From positions 210,001-242,000 of the forward strand of contig NC_018267.1 of the NCBI RefSeq assembly GCF_000306885.1: a stretch of DNA of 32,000 nt. The letters are read 5' to 3'. Position 1 is the stretch's first letter, and each line of letters begins with the position of its first letter. The stretch comes from Wolbachia endosymbiont of Onchocerca ochengi (GTDB lineage: Bacteria > Pseudomonadota > Alphaproteobacteria > Rickettsiales > Anaplasmataceae). The position numbers were made by a program, and so were the translations under genes. This document shows, piece after piece, positions 10,324 through 22,104 of this stretch. The notes beneath the pieces are model-generated. The model was given only the letters and a program-made list of their open reading frames with translations. It did no database searches and was not told the origin of the DNA.

Positions 10324-10944
10324 TTACATCTGATGATCAAAAATATCCATATTTCCCCATCCCATCAGATCTAATCTAACACGAGTAGGAAGAAATTCAA
10401 AGCATTTTTGTGCCAATTCTTTTCTGTTTTCACGCTCCAGCATTGAATCTAGCTTTTCCTTTATTTTATGGAGATATAAAATATCAGACGCAGCATAATT
10501 TTTCTGCTTATCCGTTAAACTCTCACTTCCCCAATCAGAGGATTGTTGCTGTTTATTTAATTTGATATCAAGTAGCTCCAAGCATAACTCCTTTAAACTA
10601 TGATTATCTGTATAGGTGCGAACCAAACGTGAAGCTATTTTTGTGCAATAGCACGGCACTGCCCAAATTCCTAAATAGTAGCGTATTATGCTAACATCAA
10701 ACCGTGCAAAGTGAAATATTTTAGTTATATTTTCATCACCTAATATTTTTCTTAAATTTGGAGCTGTATAATTGTTCCTGAATTGAATTAAGTGAGCACT
10801 TCCATCATTAAAAGAGAGTTGCACAAGACATAATCTATCTCTGCCATGAAGCAGACCCATCGCCTCTGTATCAACGGCTATAGAACTTATGTTATCTGGC
10901 ATTAAGCTAGCCGGTAAGTCATCTTCATATACAAATATCCTCAT
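10324..10944 (-). CDS. rnd: Ribonuclease D (3'-5' exonuclease domain)
   Basis: 206 aa; SSIAVDTEAMGLLHGRDRLCLVQLS (ExoI DxE), KIFHFARFDVSIIRYYLG (ExoII), YAASDILYLHKI (ExoIII YxxxD). Confidence 0.93.
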   Translation of the reverse strand: MRIFVYEDDLPASLMPDNISSIAVDTEAMGLLHGRDRLCLVQLSFNDGSAHLIQFRNNYTAPNLRKILGDENITKIFHFARFDVSIIRYYLGIWAVPCYCTKIASRLVRTYTDNHSLKELCLELLDIKLNKQQQSSDWGSESLTDKQKNYAASDILYLHKIKEKLDSMLERENRKELAQKCFEFLPTRVRLDLMGWGNMDIFDHQM

Positions 10945-11092
10945 AAGGCTTTGTGGAATATTGAAAGACTAATAATAATTAAAAGTAAGTTTTAGTACAC
11001 AAATATATAATAATATAGTCCTTTAAATTTCAAGCATATATTGGGATTTACAAATTGTTGTATATACCTATAATTTAAGAATTAGGTTAACT

Positions 11093-11165
11093 GCGGAAGT
11101 AGTTCAGTTGGTAGAACGCAACCTTGCCAAGGTTGAGGTCGAGGGTTCGAACCCCTTCTCCCGCT
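11093..11165 (+). tRNA. tRNA-Gly(GCC)
   Basis: GCGGAAG-TA-GTTC-AGTTGGTA-GAAC-G-CAACC-TTGCCAA-GGTTG-AGGTC-GAGGG-TTCGAAC-CCCTT-CTCCCGC-T; anticodon GCC; one A:C mismatch in the acceptor stem. Confidence 0.93.
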
Positions 11166-11496
11166 CTTCACTTCCAAAGTCACCCAATCAAAAATTCTTC
11201 CGTTTCCCTTACTATAACACTAAAGTTATTTATTTATTCTTGTAATTTGCATAAACTAATAACAAAAAAACTTAAAGTATTTAATACCTCACACTCAAAT
11301 TTTGCACTATGTGCAACTTCACATCTTTATAAAATTTCTAAGTTTTGCTTGCAAAAGTTGAAACACACCTATAAGATACTTTATAATAGTAAATTTTTAA
11401 ATATTTATAGCTAAAATAACTTAAGTTATCAACAACCATCATTCCACTATATGTTAATCTTTAAAAAACACCACTAATAGACTACAGTATAGACTT

Positions 11497-11835
11497 TCAG
11501 TTAATAACAGCCAAGGTTCTTTCTGAAATGTCAATCTCTTTCATATCTAAAACTTTATCATCTTGGTCGAATGAAATCTGCAGGGATTTACTGCTATACT
11601 TTCTTTTTCCTAAGAAATTAGATTGTTTTATTTTATATGAAATGTAATACCAAATATTTTCATCAAATTGAGATATTAATGTTGGTGATCCCAAAGTGTG
11701 AACCACTTTTTCTTTGTCATCACCTATTTTTATCTTGTTCCACAACTCAACACTAATATCTGAAGTTCCGTGATTGTAAATAGTGTTCGTACAGTTTACT
11801 AAAAATAATAGAACCAAGTATATCAATACTCGCAT
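11497..11835 (-). CDS. bamE: BamE/SmpA/OmlA-type outer-membrane assembly lipoprotein
   Basis: Met20 of the called ORF (start 11835) gives MRVLIYLVLLFLVNC, a signal peptide with lipobox. Then IKIGDDKEKVVHTLGSPTLISQFDENIWYYISYK, the SmpA/OmlA domain pattern. Confidence 0.8.
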   Translation of the reverse strand: MRVLIYLVLLFLVNCTNTIYNHGTSDISVELWNKIKIGDDKEKVVHTLGSPTLISQFDENIWYYISYKIKQSNFLGKRKYSSKSLQISFDQDDKVLDMKEIDISERTLAVIN

Positions 11836-11970
11836 TTCTCTGAGATAAATCACTGTGAAATTACAATACACTAACAAATTACCTATAGTCAAATTTTATA
11901 AAAGTTAAATTGACTGATTTTTGGTATCGCTTAATATAATATTAACTTTAGAAAATAATTAGGGTACTCT

Positions 11971-12939
11971 ATGTCATTGTTAGAATCAGATCCAATATAT
12001 AAACCTTTTAATTACCCTTGGGCATATGATGCGTGGCTACAGCAACAAAGGATACATTGGATACCTGAAGAAGTTTCACTCGCTGACGATGTGAATGATT
12101 GGAAAACTAAACTTTCGGGTACGGAAAAAAACCTCCTAACTCAGATTTTTAGGTTCTTCACCCAAGCAGATATTGAGGTGAACAATTGTTACATGAGACA
12201 TTACACAAATATATTTAAACCAACAGAAATATGCATGATGCTTGCAAGCTTCTCCAATATGGAGACCATACACATTGCAGCCTATTCATACCTTTTAGAT
12301 ACAATTGGTATGCCAGAAAGTGAATATCAAGCATTTTTAAAATATGATGCTACGAGAAAGAAGTATGAGTACATGCTAGAGTTTGAGGAGAGTAAAAAAC
12401 ACGATAAGAAACATGTAGCTAAAACTCTAGCAGTGTTTGGTGCGTTTACTGAAGGATTGCAGTTATTTGCATCATTTGCAATTTTACTTAATTTTCAACG
12501 CTTTGGAAAAATGAAAGGCATGGGACAAATAATTGCCTGGTCAGCACGTGATGAAACTTTACACACTAATTCAATTATTAATTTATTCAACACTTTTATT
12601 AAAGAAAATAATGAAATTTGGAATGAGGAGTTCAAAGAGGAACTGTATTCTGCATGTCGCACTATTGTTAGACTTGAAGATGAATTTATAAAACTCGCTT
12701 TTGATTTAGGAGACGTTGAAGGATTATCTGCAGAGGAAGTACGCAGTTATATACGCTACATAGCAAACAGACGGTTAATACAATTAGATTTGAAACCCAT
12801 GTATAATATTAATAATAATCCTCTTCCATGGCTTGATGAAATACTAAATGGTGTAGAACATACAAACTTCTTTGAAAATAGAGTAACAGAATATAGCCGT
12901 GCAGCAACTCAAGGTACATGGGAAGAGGCTTTTAGCTAA
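11971..12939 (+). CDS. nrdB: Ribonucleoside-diphosphate reductase beta subunit (class I)
   Basis: 322 aa; TQADIEVNNCYMRHY, FSNMETIHIAAYSYLLDTIGMPE (E..H plus radical Tyr at +4), WSARDETLHTNS, IANRRLIQLDLKP. Confidence 0.96.
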   Translation: MSLLESDPIYKPFNYPWAYDAWLQQQRIHWIPEEVSLADDVNDWKTKLSGTEKNLLTQIFRFFTQADIEVNNCYMRHYTNIFKPTEICMMLASFSNMETIHIAAYSYLLDTIGMPESEYQAFLKYDATRKKYEYMLEFEESKKHDKKHVAKTLAVFGAFTEGLQLFASFAILLNFQRFGKMKGMGQIIAWSARDETLHTNSIINLFNTFIKENNEIWNEEFKEELYSACRTIVRLEDEFIKLAFDLGDVEGLSAEEVRSYIRYIANRRLIQLDLKPMYNINNNPLPWLDEILNGVEHTNFFENRVTEYSRAATQGTWEEAFS

Positions 12940-13718
12940 AAGCGATACTAACAATAAAAAACTAATTAGCCTCTTTGCATTTTATTTGCTGTTATTTAAG
13001 TAACCTTAAACTTGTATTTAAGATCGATGAAGTATCACCACTAAAAAAATAACTAGTCTCATAGAATAAAGTGATTTATATGCTGTTCATAACATATAAA
13101 TCACTTACATAAACTTTAGAATACAAGATAAATCTTTAAAAAACCGTAACCATAAAAAGAAGAGAGTATTTGCTTAAATTATTCAACAATAGTAAAAATA
13201 TTAGCAATAATTAGAAGTCACACTAAGCATTTCAATAGGTCTTATACCAAGTACTTTAACTAGACCTCCACCCCTGATAACAAGCATAATTGTCAGCTAC
13301 ATTTCTGTAGTACCATTAACTGCAGTTCTCATCACAACTTCCTTCCTGCAGATTCACATTAATCATAATATAAGCGACCGTTAAAAGTAATTGCAAATTA
13401 TATACTTAAGTTGATTATTTATTGTAAGCATCGCAACTGGGCCGTCCTTGTTGCATATGTTGTTATTCCAATAACTAAATTATTAGATTCTCTACCGCAT
13501 CTGTATACCACAGCATATTATTTCCAATTGTAGCTACAACTGTAGCAGGTATTACAATTAAGACCATTAAAAGAAATGAAAAAAATATATCTAATAAAAC
13601 GATAAAACCACTAAAAGAAGAGAATTCAAGCCTTCTTTACAAGTAAAATCAGAGCGCTTACTAGATACGGCAAGTTAAATAAAGTTAGCTAATATAAAAG
13701 GCAAGCAGATCATAGCTG

Positions 13719-16370
13719 CTAATTTATCAAAGTAATCGCGCCATGGCAGTGCTTATATTTTTTGCCCGAGTTACAAGGACATTTATCGTTTCTTGAGACT
13801 TTTGGCAAATTGCTTCTTTTAATAAAATGTAACCTCTTACTCACTTCTTGGTTATCTGCTAACTTGAAGTAAGCTAGACGATGAACAGTGATCTCCTTCC
13901 ATTTTTCAAGCATCGACTCAAACATCAAAAAAGCTTCACGTTTAAATTCATTCAGTGGATCTTTCTGCCCCATGGCACGTAAATTTATGCTTTGTCTTAA
14001 CCTCTCTAAAATTGAAAGGTGTTCCCTCCATAAATGATCAAGTGTCATGACCATCACTTGCTTCACTACCTTGTTCCATAAATCTGTAGCGTGTTGACTA
14101 TTGAAATACTCTTCTTTCTCAGCAAAAAACTTCTGTATCTCATCATTTACATAATCCAATGCTTCTTGTTTATTCAAAAATTCTGCTAATACTTCTTTAT
14201 TAAGTGTTATTCCATACCTTGTATAGAACTCTTTAACAAGATCTTCAACATAATCCTCATAATAACCACTTTGCACCACACCTTCTATTATCGCCTTATT
14301 TACTTCACTATATACTTCAAATAAACCATTGATTTCATTCCCTAAGATGTGATTTCTCTGCTCAAAAATAACTTTACGTTGATTATTAATCACGTCATCA
14401 AATTTAAGCAGAGATTTTCGCACATCATAGTTTCGAGCTTCAACTTTTTTCTGTGCCTTCTCAAGCGCCTTATTAAGCCATGGATGATGAATAGCTTCAT
14501 TATCCTTTAGCCCTACCCTTTGTAAAAAGTTTCTCATTCTATCAGAGCCAAATATTCTCATTAAATCATCTTCAAGTGATAAAAAGAACTTAGAAAGTCC
14601 AGGATCACCTTGACGACCAGAACGACCACGTAATTGATCATCTATTCTCCTACTTTCATGTCTCTCAGTTCCAATAACACATAAACCACCAGCTTTTATA
14701 GCAATTTCCCTATCTCTTTTTACTCTTTCAACTATTTCTTGATATTTTTTTTCTCTTTCATCAGTATTTTTTATCTTCTTCAGCTCCACTTTTGCTATCA
14801 TTTCAGCATTTCTGCCAAGCTGAATATCAGTTCCACGTCCTGCCATATTAGTTGCTATAGTAATACTACCTGGTGCTCCAGCTTGTGCTATTATGTACGC
14901 CTCTTGTTCATGATAACGAGCGTTCAGCACTGAATGCTTAAGAGAGTGGCTTCGCAAAAGCGCAGAAAGCTTCTCAGAATTCTCAATACTCACTGTGCCA
15001 ACAAGGATTGGTTGAAGACGTTTGTGGCATTCTTCTACAAATTTTAATACAGCATTAAACTTTTCTTTTTCTGTACCATAAATTTCATCATCAATATCTA
15101 TTCTCTTTACAGGCACATTAGTTGGAATTTTCACTACATTTAGCTTATATATATCACGGAACTCTTCTGCTTCTGTTGCTGCTGTTCCAGTCATACCAGA
15201 GAGCTTATTATACATACGAAAATAATTCTGAAATGTGACTGATGCTAAAGTTTGGTTCTCATGTTGAATCTCAAGATTCTCCTTCGCTTCAAGTGCCTGG
15301 TGAAGACCATCAGAATATCTTCTACTTTCTATGATGCGTCCAGTAAACTCATCGACAATTACTACCTTGCCGTCCTTTATTATATAATCTTTATCAACAG
15401 TAAACAGCTTATGCGCACGTAATGCTTGATCTACATAATGAGTCATTACCATATTGTTGGTATCATACAACGAAGAATCCTCAGAAATGAGATTATATGA
15501 CCTAAGTAGCTCTTCCACACGTGAAATACCATCTTCAGTAAGGAACACCGCCCTACCCTTCTTATCTACCTCATAATCAGAATCAATTAATTTAATAACT
15601 ATTTTATTTATGAGTTTATATATCTGATTATTTTCCTCAATTGGACCAGAAATAATAAGCGGAGTCCGCGCTTCATCAATCAATATGGAATCTACTTCAT
15701 CTACTATCGCATAATTGAAACCTCTCTGAACCATATCTTCTTGAGAAAATTTCATATTATCTCGAAGGTAATCAAAAGCAAGTTCATTGTTTGTTGAATA
15801 TACAATATCTGCACTATAAGCTTCTTTCCTCTCTGCATCTGTCAAATCATTTGTAATAAACGCAACAGAAACCCCAAGAGAATTATATAATTTTCTCATC
15901 CATTCTGCATCACGTTTTGCAAGGTAGTCGTTAACAGTTACAACATGTACACCTTTTCCCTCTAAAGAATTAAGGTATGCAGCTAAAGTTGCAACAAGCG
16001 TCTTTCCCTCTCCTGTTTTCATTTCTGATATCATGCCATTATGAAGGACCATTCCACCAATTAGCTGAACATCAAAGTGTCTCATGTTAAGAAACCTACG
16101 AGAGGCTTCACGTACAACTGCAAAAGCAGGTATGAGAAGGCTATTTAATGTTTTCCCATTCTTTAATTCCTGTTTAAACTCCTCAGTTTTACTAGCAAGC
16201 TCCTCATCAGATAGGCTCTGCATTTTCGGCTCTAATGCATTTATTTGTTGAACAATTTTTCCAAAAGACTTTATTATCCTCCTATTTGTCATTCCCTTTA
16301 CAAAAAGGAGCAACAATATAAAAGTGAAAAACATAAGAATAGCTGTTAAAATTACAGCAAAATCTGACAT
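13719..16370 (-). CDS. secA: Preprotein translocase ATPase SecA
   Basis: 883 aa; [91 protein letters not shown]-terminal SEC-C motif [14 protein letters not shown]. An alternative start at Met27 (16292) would remove a hydrophobic N-terminal stretch. Confidence 0.97.
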   Translation of the reverse strand: MSDFAVILTAILMFFTFILLLLFVKGMTNRRIIKSFGKIVQQINALEPKMQSLSDEELASKTEEFKQELKNGKTLNSLLIPAFAVVREASRRFLNMRHFDVQLIGGMVLHNGMISEMKTGEGKTLVATLAAYLNSLEGKGVHVVTVNDYLAKRDAEWMRKLYNSLGVSVAFITNDLTDAERKEAYSADIVYSTNNELAFDYLRDNMKFSQEDMVQRGFNYAIVDEVDSILIDEARTPLIISGPIEENNQIYKLINKIVIKLIDSDYEVDKKGRAVFLTEDGISRVEELLRSYNLISEDSSLYDTNNMVMTHYVDQALRAHKLFTVDKDYIIKDGKVVIVDEFTGRIIESRRYSDGLHQALEAKENLEIQHENQTLASVTFQNYFRMYNKLSGMTGTAATEAEEFRDIYKLNVVKIPTNVPVKRIDIDDEIYGTEKEKFNAVLKFVEECHKRLQPILVGTVSIENSEKLSALLRSHSLKHSVLNARYHEQEAYIIAQAGAPGSITIATNMAGRGTDIQLGRNAEMIAKVELKKIKNTDEREKKYQEIVERVKRDREIAIKAGGLCVIGTERHESRRIDDQLRGRSGRQGDPGLSKFFLSLEDDLMRIFGSDRMRNFLQRVGLKDNEAIHHPWLNKALEKAQKKVEARNYDVRKSLLKFDDVINNQRKVIFEQRNHILGNEINGLFEVYSEVNKAIIEGVVQSGYYEDYVEDLVKEFYTRYGITLNKEVLAEFLNKQEALDYVNDEIQKFFAEKEEYFNSQHATDLWNKVVKQVMVMTLDHLWREHLSILERLRQSINLRAMGQKDPLNEFKREAFLMFESMLEKWKEITVHRLAYFKLADNQEVSKRLHFIKRSNLPKVSRNDKCPCNSGKKYKHCHGAITLIN

Positions 16371-18738
16371 AAACTTAATTAACGCCCATTAAATATGAGA
16401 TTATATTACCAAACACAACCTACAGCAATGACATATTCGATTTAGAGAATCTTTACTTACATATTAAGGCAGTGAATAAAATAACTTACTGATCCTTTGC
16501 TTGGAAAGCTTTTCATCAATATATAAAGAATATGTTACATTATTTTAGATATTTAATAATCTTTAATTTTTATATAAAATGAAGTTTTTAGTAGAATGTA
16601 AATAGAAAATGAACAGTTTTAAAAAACTTAACAATTCTATATTTAAAGAAGAGAATCAGCTGACCAACAGATAATTAAGGTCATAAACTTTAAGTAAAAT
16701 TATTAATACTATATCTACCCCTCATAAACTAAGCAGTAAAATTGATTTTTGGTTAGCATTAACCATGAAAGGCTTTGAAGTTTTTGATGATTATTTCTTT
16801 TGAAGATAAAAAGACAAGAAAACAAATCAAAAACTATCTCAGTTTAAGCTAAGTACTACAATACACGTTGTGCCTCAAAAATACTATACTTTTAAAGATT
16901 TGTTTATTAATGGAAATAATAGAAAGCTACAAAAAAAGAAGATTTTAGGTTACACAAATACTTTTTGGATCCTACCTTTAAAATCAAGCAAAACCTAAAT
17001 GCAAGAACAGGGGTACTATACTCGTCATTTATACTAATGTCAATGTGAATTTTTAAAAAGGCACAGAAAAGCAAAGTAGTATAGTGATACTATAGAAGCA
17101 TCCTGGAAGAGTTAAAGTTAATAAATGAACATTTAAAATATTTATGAAGATCAAAAAGAAACATGCTATAAGATAAAAAATCATACTGAGCTAAAAATAC
17201 TTCAGTTGTAGTAGTGATGGTGAAATAGAAAATTCTCTTACTTAGATTAAGGTTTGTAGTTAATCAACCTAATCACTCAAAATTAGATATTATTATTCAA
17301 GAAGAAGCATGAAACACAGACAAAATATCAAATAAAACAAGACATTGACACAGTTTTTGATTTTGCGCGCGAGAAAGTAGAGAGTAATGGGAAGAATGTA
17401 AGAGGCAAAGTTTTCTTACTTAACGAGAAAAGATGATTATTTTAAGAAAATTATAAACTATTTTCATAGTCTCAAATCTAAAGAAAATCTAGATGAATTT
17501 TAGCAAACCTTTATCTGAAACTAGAATTTTATTGATAGAAAAATACTACTAGATAAAATAGAAAAATACCTGGATGCTGCTGATACAGCAACATTAGTTA
17601 TTCTCACAGATTAAGCAGAAACCGGATAAAACACAATTAGCATTAGAATCTTGTTTAGAGTAAATTCTAAGAATATAAAGGAATAATTTGACTTGATACA
17701 AAAGATAGAAATAAATGCATTATTCAATGAGTACATCAAATTAGGGTGTAAACCAAGCATTATTTATGGTTATGAAGAAAACGTCTTTGAAGAAGATCAT
17801 GTTAAGTGTGTTAAAAGTTAGCTAGAATAGCCTCAATGTACCAGTGGTTACTGACATGCTATAATTTTCCCCTAATTACAAAAATACAGTAGGCTTACTT
17901 CCTACAAAAAAGACATTATTAACTTCCCGTTATAAATTTAGCTGGACAAACCCATAGAACACTAATTCTAGTGATGCTTTTAAACCTTAAGAGTCAAGTA
18001 GCCATATTCTTTAAATACTAGAAATAAAAGGAGAAAGACTAGACACAATTCAAGTAGATGCATTAGCAAAGATATTAAGTTATTACCTTTAACTTTAGCC
18101 TAAGCAAATGCCCACAAAGAAAACGCATATAAATATTTCAGACTATTTGAAAATTATAATGATAGAAAACAAACTTTATCGTCTGATAAAACATCGTTTA
18201 AAACATTCCATTCAGGTCTAATAGAGAGAATGCGGTAATAGTGTATAAAAAGCATACAGTAGAAAACAACAAAAAAAGATCCTTATATTTACTGATAGTC
18301 AACTGATTTACTGCTCGTACTTATTTAAGTAACAACTCTATCTCTCAGGTTTGACTAAAAATCTCCACTGATAATCAAAAAAATAACTCTTCTTCAGAAA
18401 CTTTCTATAAAGAATAAGGAATACTAATAAGCTATTCTATATTAACTATCAAAAAAGATTATAGCATGTTTAGTACGCATACTTAGTTCAGAAGATAACA
18501 AGACTAAAGTCAGAGAAGCGGAAAAACAAAAAAGAAACAAAAACTGTCTTTCAAAAAAAAGTTTCCCTTATATCCCTTATAATAGGGATAAATTGAAGAT
18601 TGTGCTAAGAAATAACAACTATTATCATCATGTTTAGATGTATTCCTATTTAAATATAGATAATTAACCAAAAGACAATTTTCTAGAAAAGAAAAAAGAG
18701 AGAAGAATTATCTTAAAAATTTACTAACATGAATTGAT

Positions 18739-19132
18739 GATAGATACTCTGATTTAAGCAATCCTAAAAAGCAAAAGGAGTTGCTTGAATTAGCTCCTTA
18801 GTAGATGATGAGAAACATTACGATCTTGATCATTTCTAAATTGCTATTACACTGAAAAGCCTTGATATATATATATATATATATATTAATTAGGGTTTTT
18901 AAGTAACCATCAGAAAGCAAAAACGTCATTTAAACAGGCCTTGACAATTAAAGAAAAACACTATGAACCTCAATCATTTTGAAGTTGCTAAGTTACTCGC
19001 AAATTTCAGTACCGTTTACGGTGCTCTGGATAATTTTCAAAAACCAAAAGAATTGTTCAAACAGTCCTTACCTATTCTTAAAAAGATCATATACCTGATA
19101 GCCCAAAAGTTGTTAAATTATTGGTGAACTAG
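18739..19132 (+). pseudogene. Remnant of a kinesin-light-chain-like TPR array protein
   Basis: Frame-corrected units: YSDLSNPKKQKELLELAP..DEKHYDLDHF*IAITLKSLDI; FLSNHQKAKTSFKQALTIKEKHYEPQ/HFEVAKLLANFSTVYGAL; DNFQKPKELFKQSLPILKKIIY/PDSPKVVKLLVN*. Second and third units start 127 bp apart (126 plus a 1-nt shift). Confidence 0.75.
18865..18886. repeat. (AT)11 dinucleotide microsatellite inside the TPR remnant
   Basis: Uninterrupted ATATATATATATATATATATAT read directly from the sequence. Confidence 0.97.
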
Positions 19133-19181
19133 ACGATATTTAGGTTTTTAGCAACATTGAATCAATAATAACTTACTTGAA

Positions 19182-20330
19182 TCACACTCCCAAAATTAAT
19201 CTGTTTGGATCTTCTATATAATTTTTTATTTTAACAAGGAAAGTTACTGCTCCTTTGCCATCAACTATTTTGTGATCGTAAGAAAGGGCAATGTACATTA
19301 TAGGCCTAATTTCAATTGAGTTACCCACAACAACTGGCCTGTTTTGTATTGAATGCATCCCAAGTATACCAGACTGTGGAGGATTTATTATCGGAGTAGA
19401 AAAAAGTGAACCATATATCCCACCGTTTGAAATGGTAAATGTTGCACCTTCCATTTCTGACACCTGTAACTTACCTTCGCGGGCTCTTTTACCAAGGGCA
19501 GCTAAAGTTAACTCAATTTCCGCAAATGATATCTGATCAGCACTCCGAATAACTGGCACAACAAGACCCTTATCAGTGCCAACAGCAACACCTATGTCAT
19601 AATAATGTTTATATATAATTTCATCGCCTAAAATTTCAGCGTTAATTTCAGGAATTTCTTTCAGAGCTTGCACCGCAGCCTTTATAAAAAAGGACATGAA
19701 ACCAAGCTTTATTCCATATTTCTTTTCGAAAATTTCTTTATATTTTGCTCTTAGATTCATTACGCTTTGCATGTCAATCTCATTAAATGTAGTCAGTGTT
19801 GCAGCAGTGTTTTGTGAAGCCTTCAAACGAGCAGCAATTACTTGCCTTATCTTACTCATTTTTATTCGCTTTTCTCTTCTCTCTCCACTCATTACACTTT
19901 CTGGCAGTTTATATATTGCAGGCTGTTCAGTTTTGCTTATATGGGCTACATCTGCTTTCGTTATTCTGCCTCCCATCCCAGTTCCTTTGACACTTTTTGC
20001 ACTGATTGCATTCTCTTCCATAATTTTACGAGCTGATGGAGCGTCTCTTATAACAGGGATTTCACTTTTATCTTCTTGCACCTCCCTTATAGAAAGCCTT
20101 GCTAATAATTGACCTGGACTTATTATATCATTTTCTTTTACAAGAAATTCAGTTATTTCCCCTGAAGCTTCTGCAGTTAATTCAAGTGCTGCTTTGTCAG
20201 TTTCAACTTCAAAGATTAAGTCATCTACTTTTACTGCTTCACCAATATTTCTTTTTATTTTGACTATACCTTCCGTAACTGATTCACCACCAAGAATCTC
20301 TGGCGCCCTGATTTCTATAATTTTACCCAT
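19182..20330 (-). CDS. sucB: Dihydrolipoamide succinyltransferase, E2 component of 2-oxoglutarate dehydrogenase
   Basis: Lipoyl domain FEVETDKAALELTAEASG, E3-binding domain APSARKIMEENAI..GTGMGGRITKADV, catalytic domain ending SYDHKIVDGKGAVTFLVKIKNYIEDP. ORF is called to 20345; start at MGKIIEIRAPEI (20330) is more likely. Confidence 0.93.
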   Translation of the reverse strand: MGKIIEIRAPEILGGESVTEGIVKIKRNIGEAVKVDDLIFEVETDKAALELTAEASGEITEFLVKENDIISPGQLLARLSIREVQEDKSEIPVIRDAPSARKIMEENAISAKSVKGTGMGGRITKADVAHISKTEQPAIYKLPESVMSGERREKRIKMSKIRQVIAARLKASQNTAATLTTFNEIDMQSVMNLRAKYKEIFEKKYGIKLGFMSFFIKAAVQALKEIPEINAEILGDEIIYKHYYDIGVAVGTDKGLVVPVIRSADQISFAEIELTLAALGKRAREGKLQVSEMEGATFTISNGGIYGSLFSTPIINPPQSGILGMHSIQNRPVVVGNSIEIRPIMYIALSYDHKIVDGKGAVTFLVKIKNYIEDPNRLILGV

Positions 20331-22104
20331 AAAACAACCTTCCATAACAACTTGCTATAACTTTATACATGAAAAGAAACGTATAATAAACTAACAAATT
20401 TATTTAGGATTAAAAAGAAGCCTATTACAACTTGCTTTTTACTAGTCTAATTTACGCATACTAATCTCCTATCAAGATTACTTTCAAAAGACAAAAGATT
20501 ACTTACAGCTTTTAAACGAATTCCTTCACTTGAAATTAATAATTCCATACTCTTCGCTAACATTAAACATTGTATTTTATACGCTTTCCTAAGTAATAGT
20601 GTAAAACATCACTTCTTGTATAGCCCAGCTACACGTTACAGATCCATGATCATACACTAAAACACCACAAAATTTTCTTTCAAATCAACTATTAATCTTC
20701 TCTCTTTCACATTATCAAACACTGAAAAACTATTATCATGATAAGATGTTTAATCATATAAAATCCAGTGTCCACATACCTATGGAAGCAATTTATCCAT
20801 CTTTAAGGAAAAAACTACCACAATAGAAGGCTCATACAGGTGAAAAATTACTCTGAATATCCCCTCTTGCTTGATAAATAAAATCGTGGATTATATAACT
20901 AGCTTTTTACCTACCAATATTCTTTATCTTCAACCACACTCCCATCAAATAACATTTAACATCAATAAATTTTCATTCACCTCACTAAAACATATACCAA
21001 ATGGATAAATGTAGAATGACCCTTGATCTTCAGAACACACTAACAGATGAGTGTATGTACAATCACCCATTTTAAGGTAAAACAGAAAATCTTAATAAGT
21101 ATAAACTACTTCCCTTTTTACCTTGCTCTTTGCTAATAACATAACTCCTAGTTAAATCTCCTGAAAGCTTATATCAAGAAAAGAAGCTCATAGTAAACTA
21201 ACCTCCAGTTTAAAGTCAAGAGTAAATCAGGGAAAGAAGAGTTGTCAATTCTTAGTAAAAAAGTAGCTGTTATATAGTAGCCTACAAAGATCACGCAAAT
21301 TTATATTTTCAAATTACATAATATCATCGCAAAAATAACCTTACTATATAATATTTTAAACGTTTTAAAGCTTAAGCTTGATGTTATTATGAATATAAAT
21401 TTTAAAATTATAAAATATAATAAACATTAACACAAAGAAACAAACAACAGAAATTTTCATACAGAATCAGGTAGAATTACAAAATCCGCTTCTATATTAT
21501 TGCCTTTTTAGAAAGTAGGTAAGCTTTCTACAGCAATAAAATTATCTAATATAATAGATGCACTGATTATAAACATCAACTTCTCGAATAACACTCAAGT
21601 TCATTCTATATATGATAATATCTTCGAACACAACCAAATCCATGAAGAAGCACAAGACAGAATATATAATATTGGACAAATTATGCTTCAGACAATAGAA
21701 GCTTATCCAATTCATCAAAAAATTATATATTTATTGACAAATTGATGGAAGATAGTAAATACAACACAAAAATACATAACTCAGTAATAGAACTTAACAA
21801 AAGAATGAATACAAGAATTCTTCCTATAGTGCTCAAATGTGAGCTATATATATACTACAAAAGGGCATTAAATTAAAAAGACAGAGGAAAAATAGGAAAG
21901 CAACCAATATAAGTAGCGTTATAAAAAAATTTAGAACTCATAATTTATTTATACCATCACCTAATGTCATAGAGATAGAGAATTCAAACATGAGTATAAG
22001 GGAAGTAGTTGAGAAAATAACATATCAGGTGCACAGACTTAGCCAAATTGATAGAGTTTACATAAAAGGTTAACTTACAATAGGCTCATATATCTAGGCT
22101 CATT

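Noticed and set aside
11124-11414. 96-aa plus-strand ORF
   Set aside because: Begins inside tRNA-Gly and continues into spacer; translation looks random.
14739-14933. 64-aa plus-strand ORF opposite secA
   Set aside because: Antisense shadow of conserved SecA motifs.
16400-18730. CRISPR array, prophage or defence system in the large spacer
   Set aside because: No regularly spaced repeats, no intact ORF of useful length and no phage or nuclease motifs seen on either strand.
18865-18886. AT tract as a phase-variation switch
   Set aside because: It lies in an already multiply broken TPR remnant, so length changes could not restore a reading frame.
19291-20394. Five plus-strand ORFs opposite sucB
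   Set aside because: All are antisense to a confident sucB gene and have no recognisable protein features.
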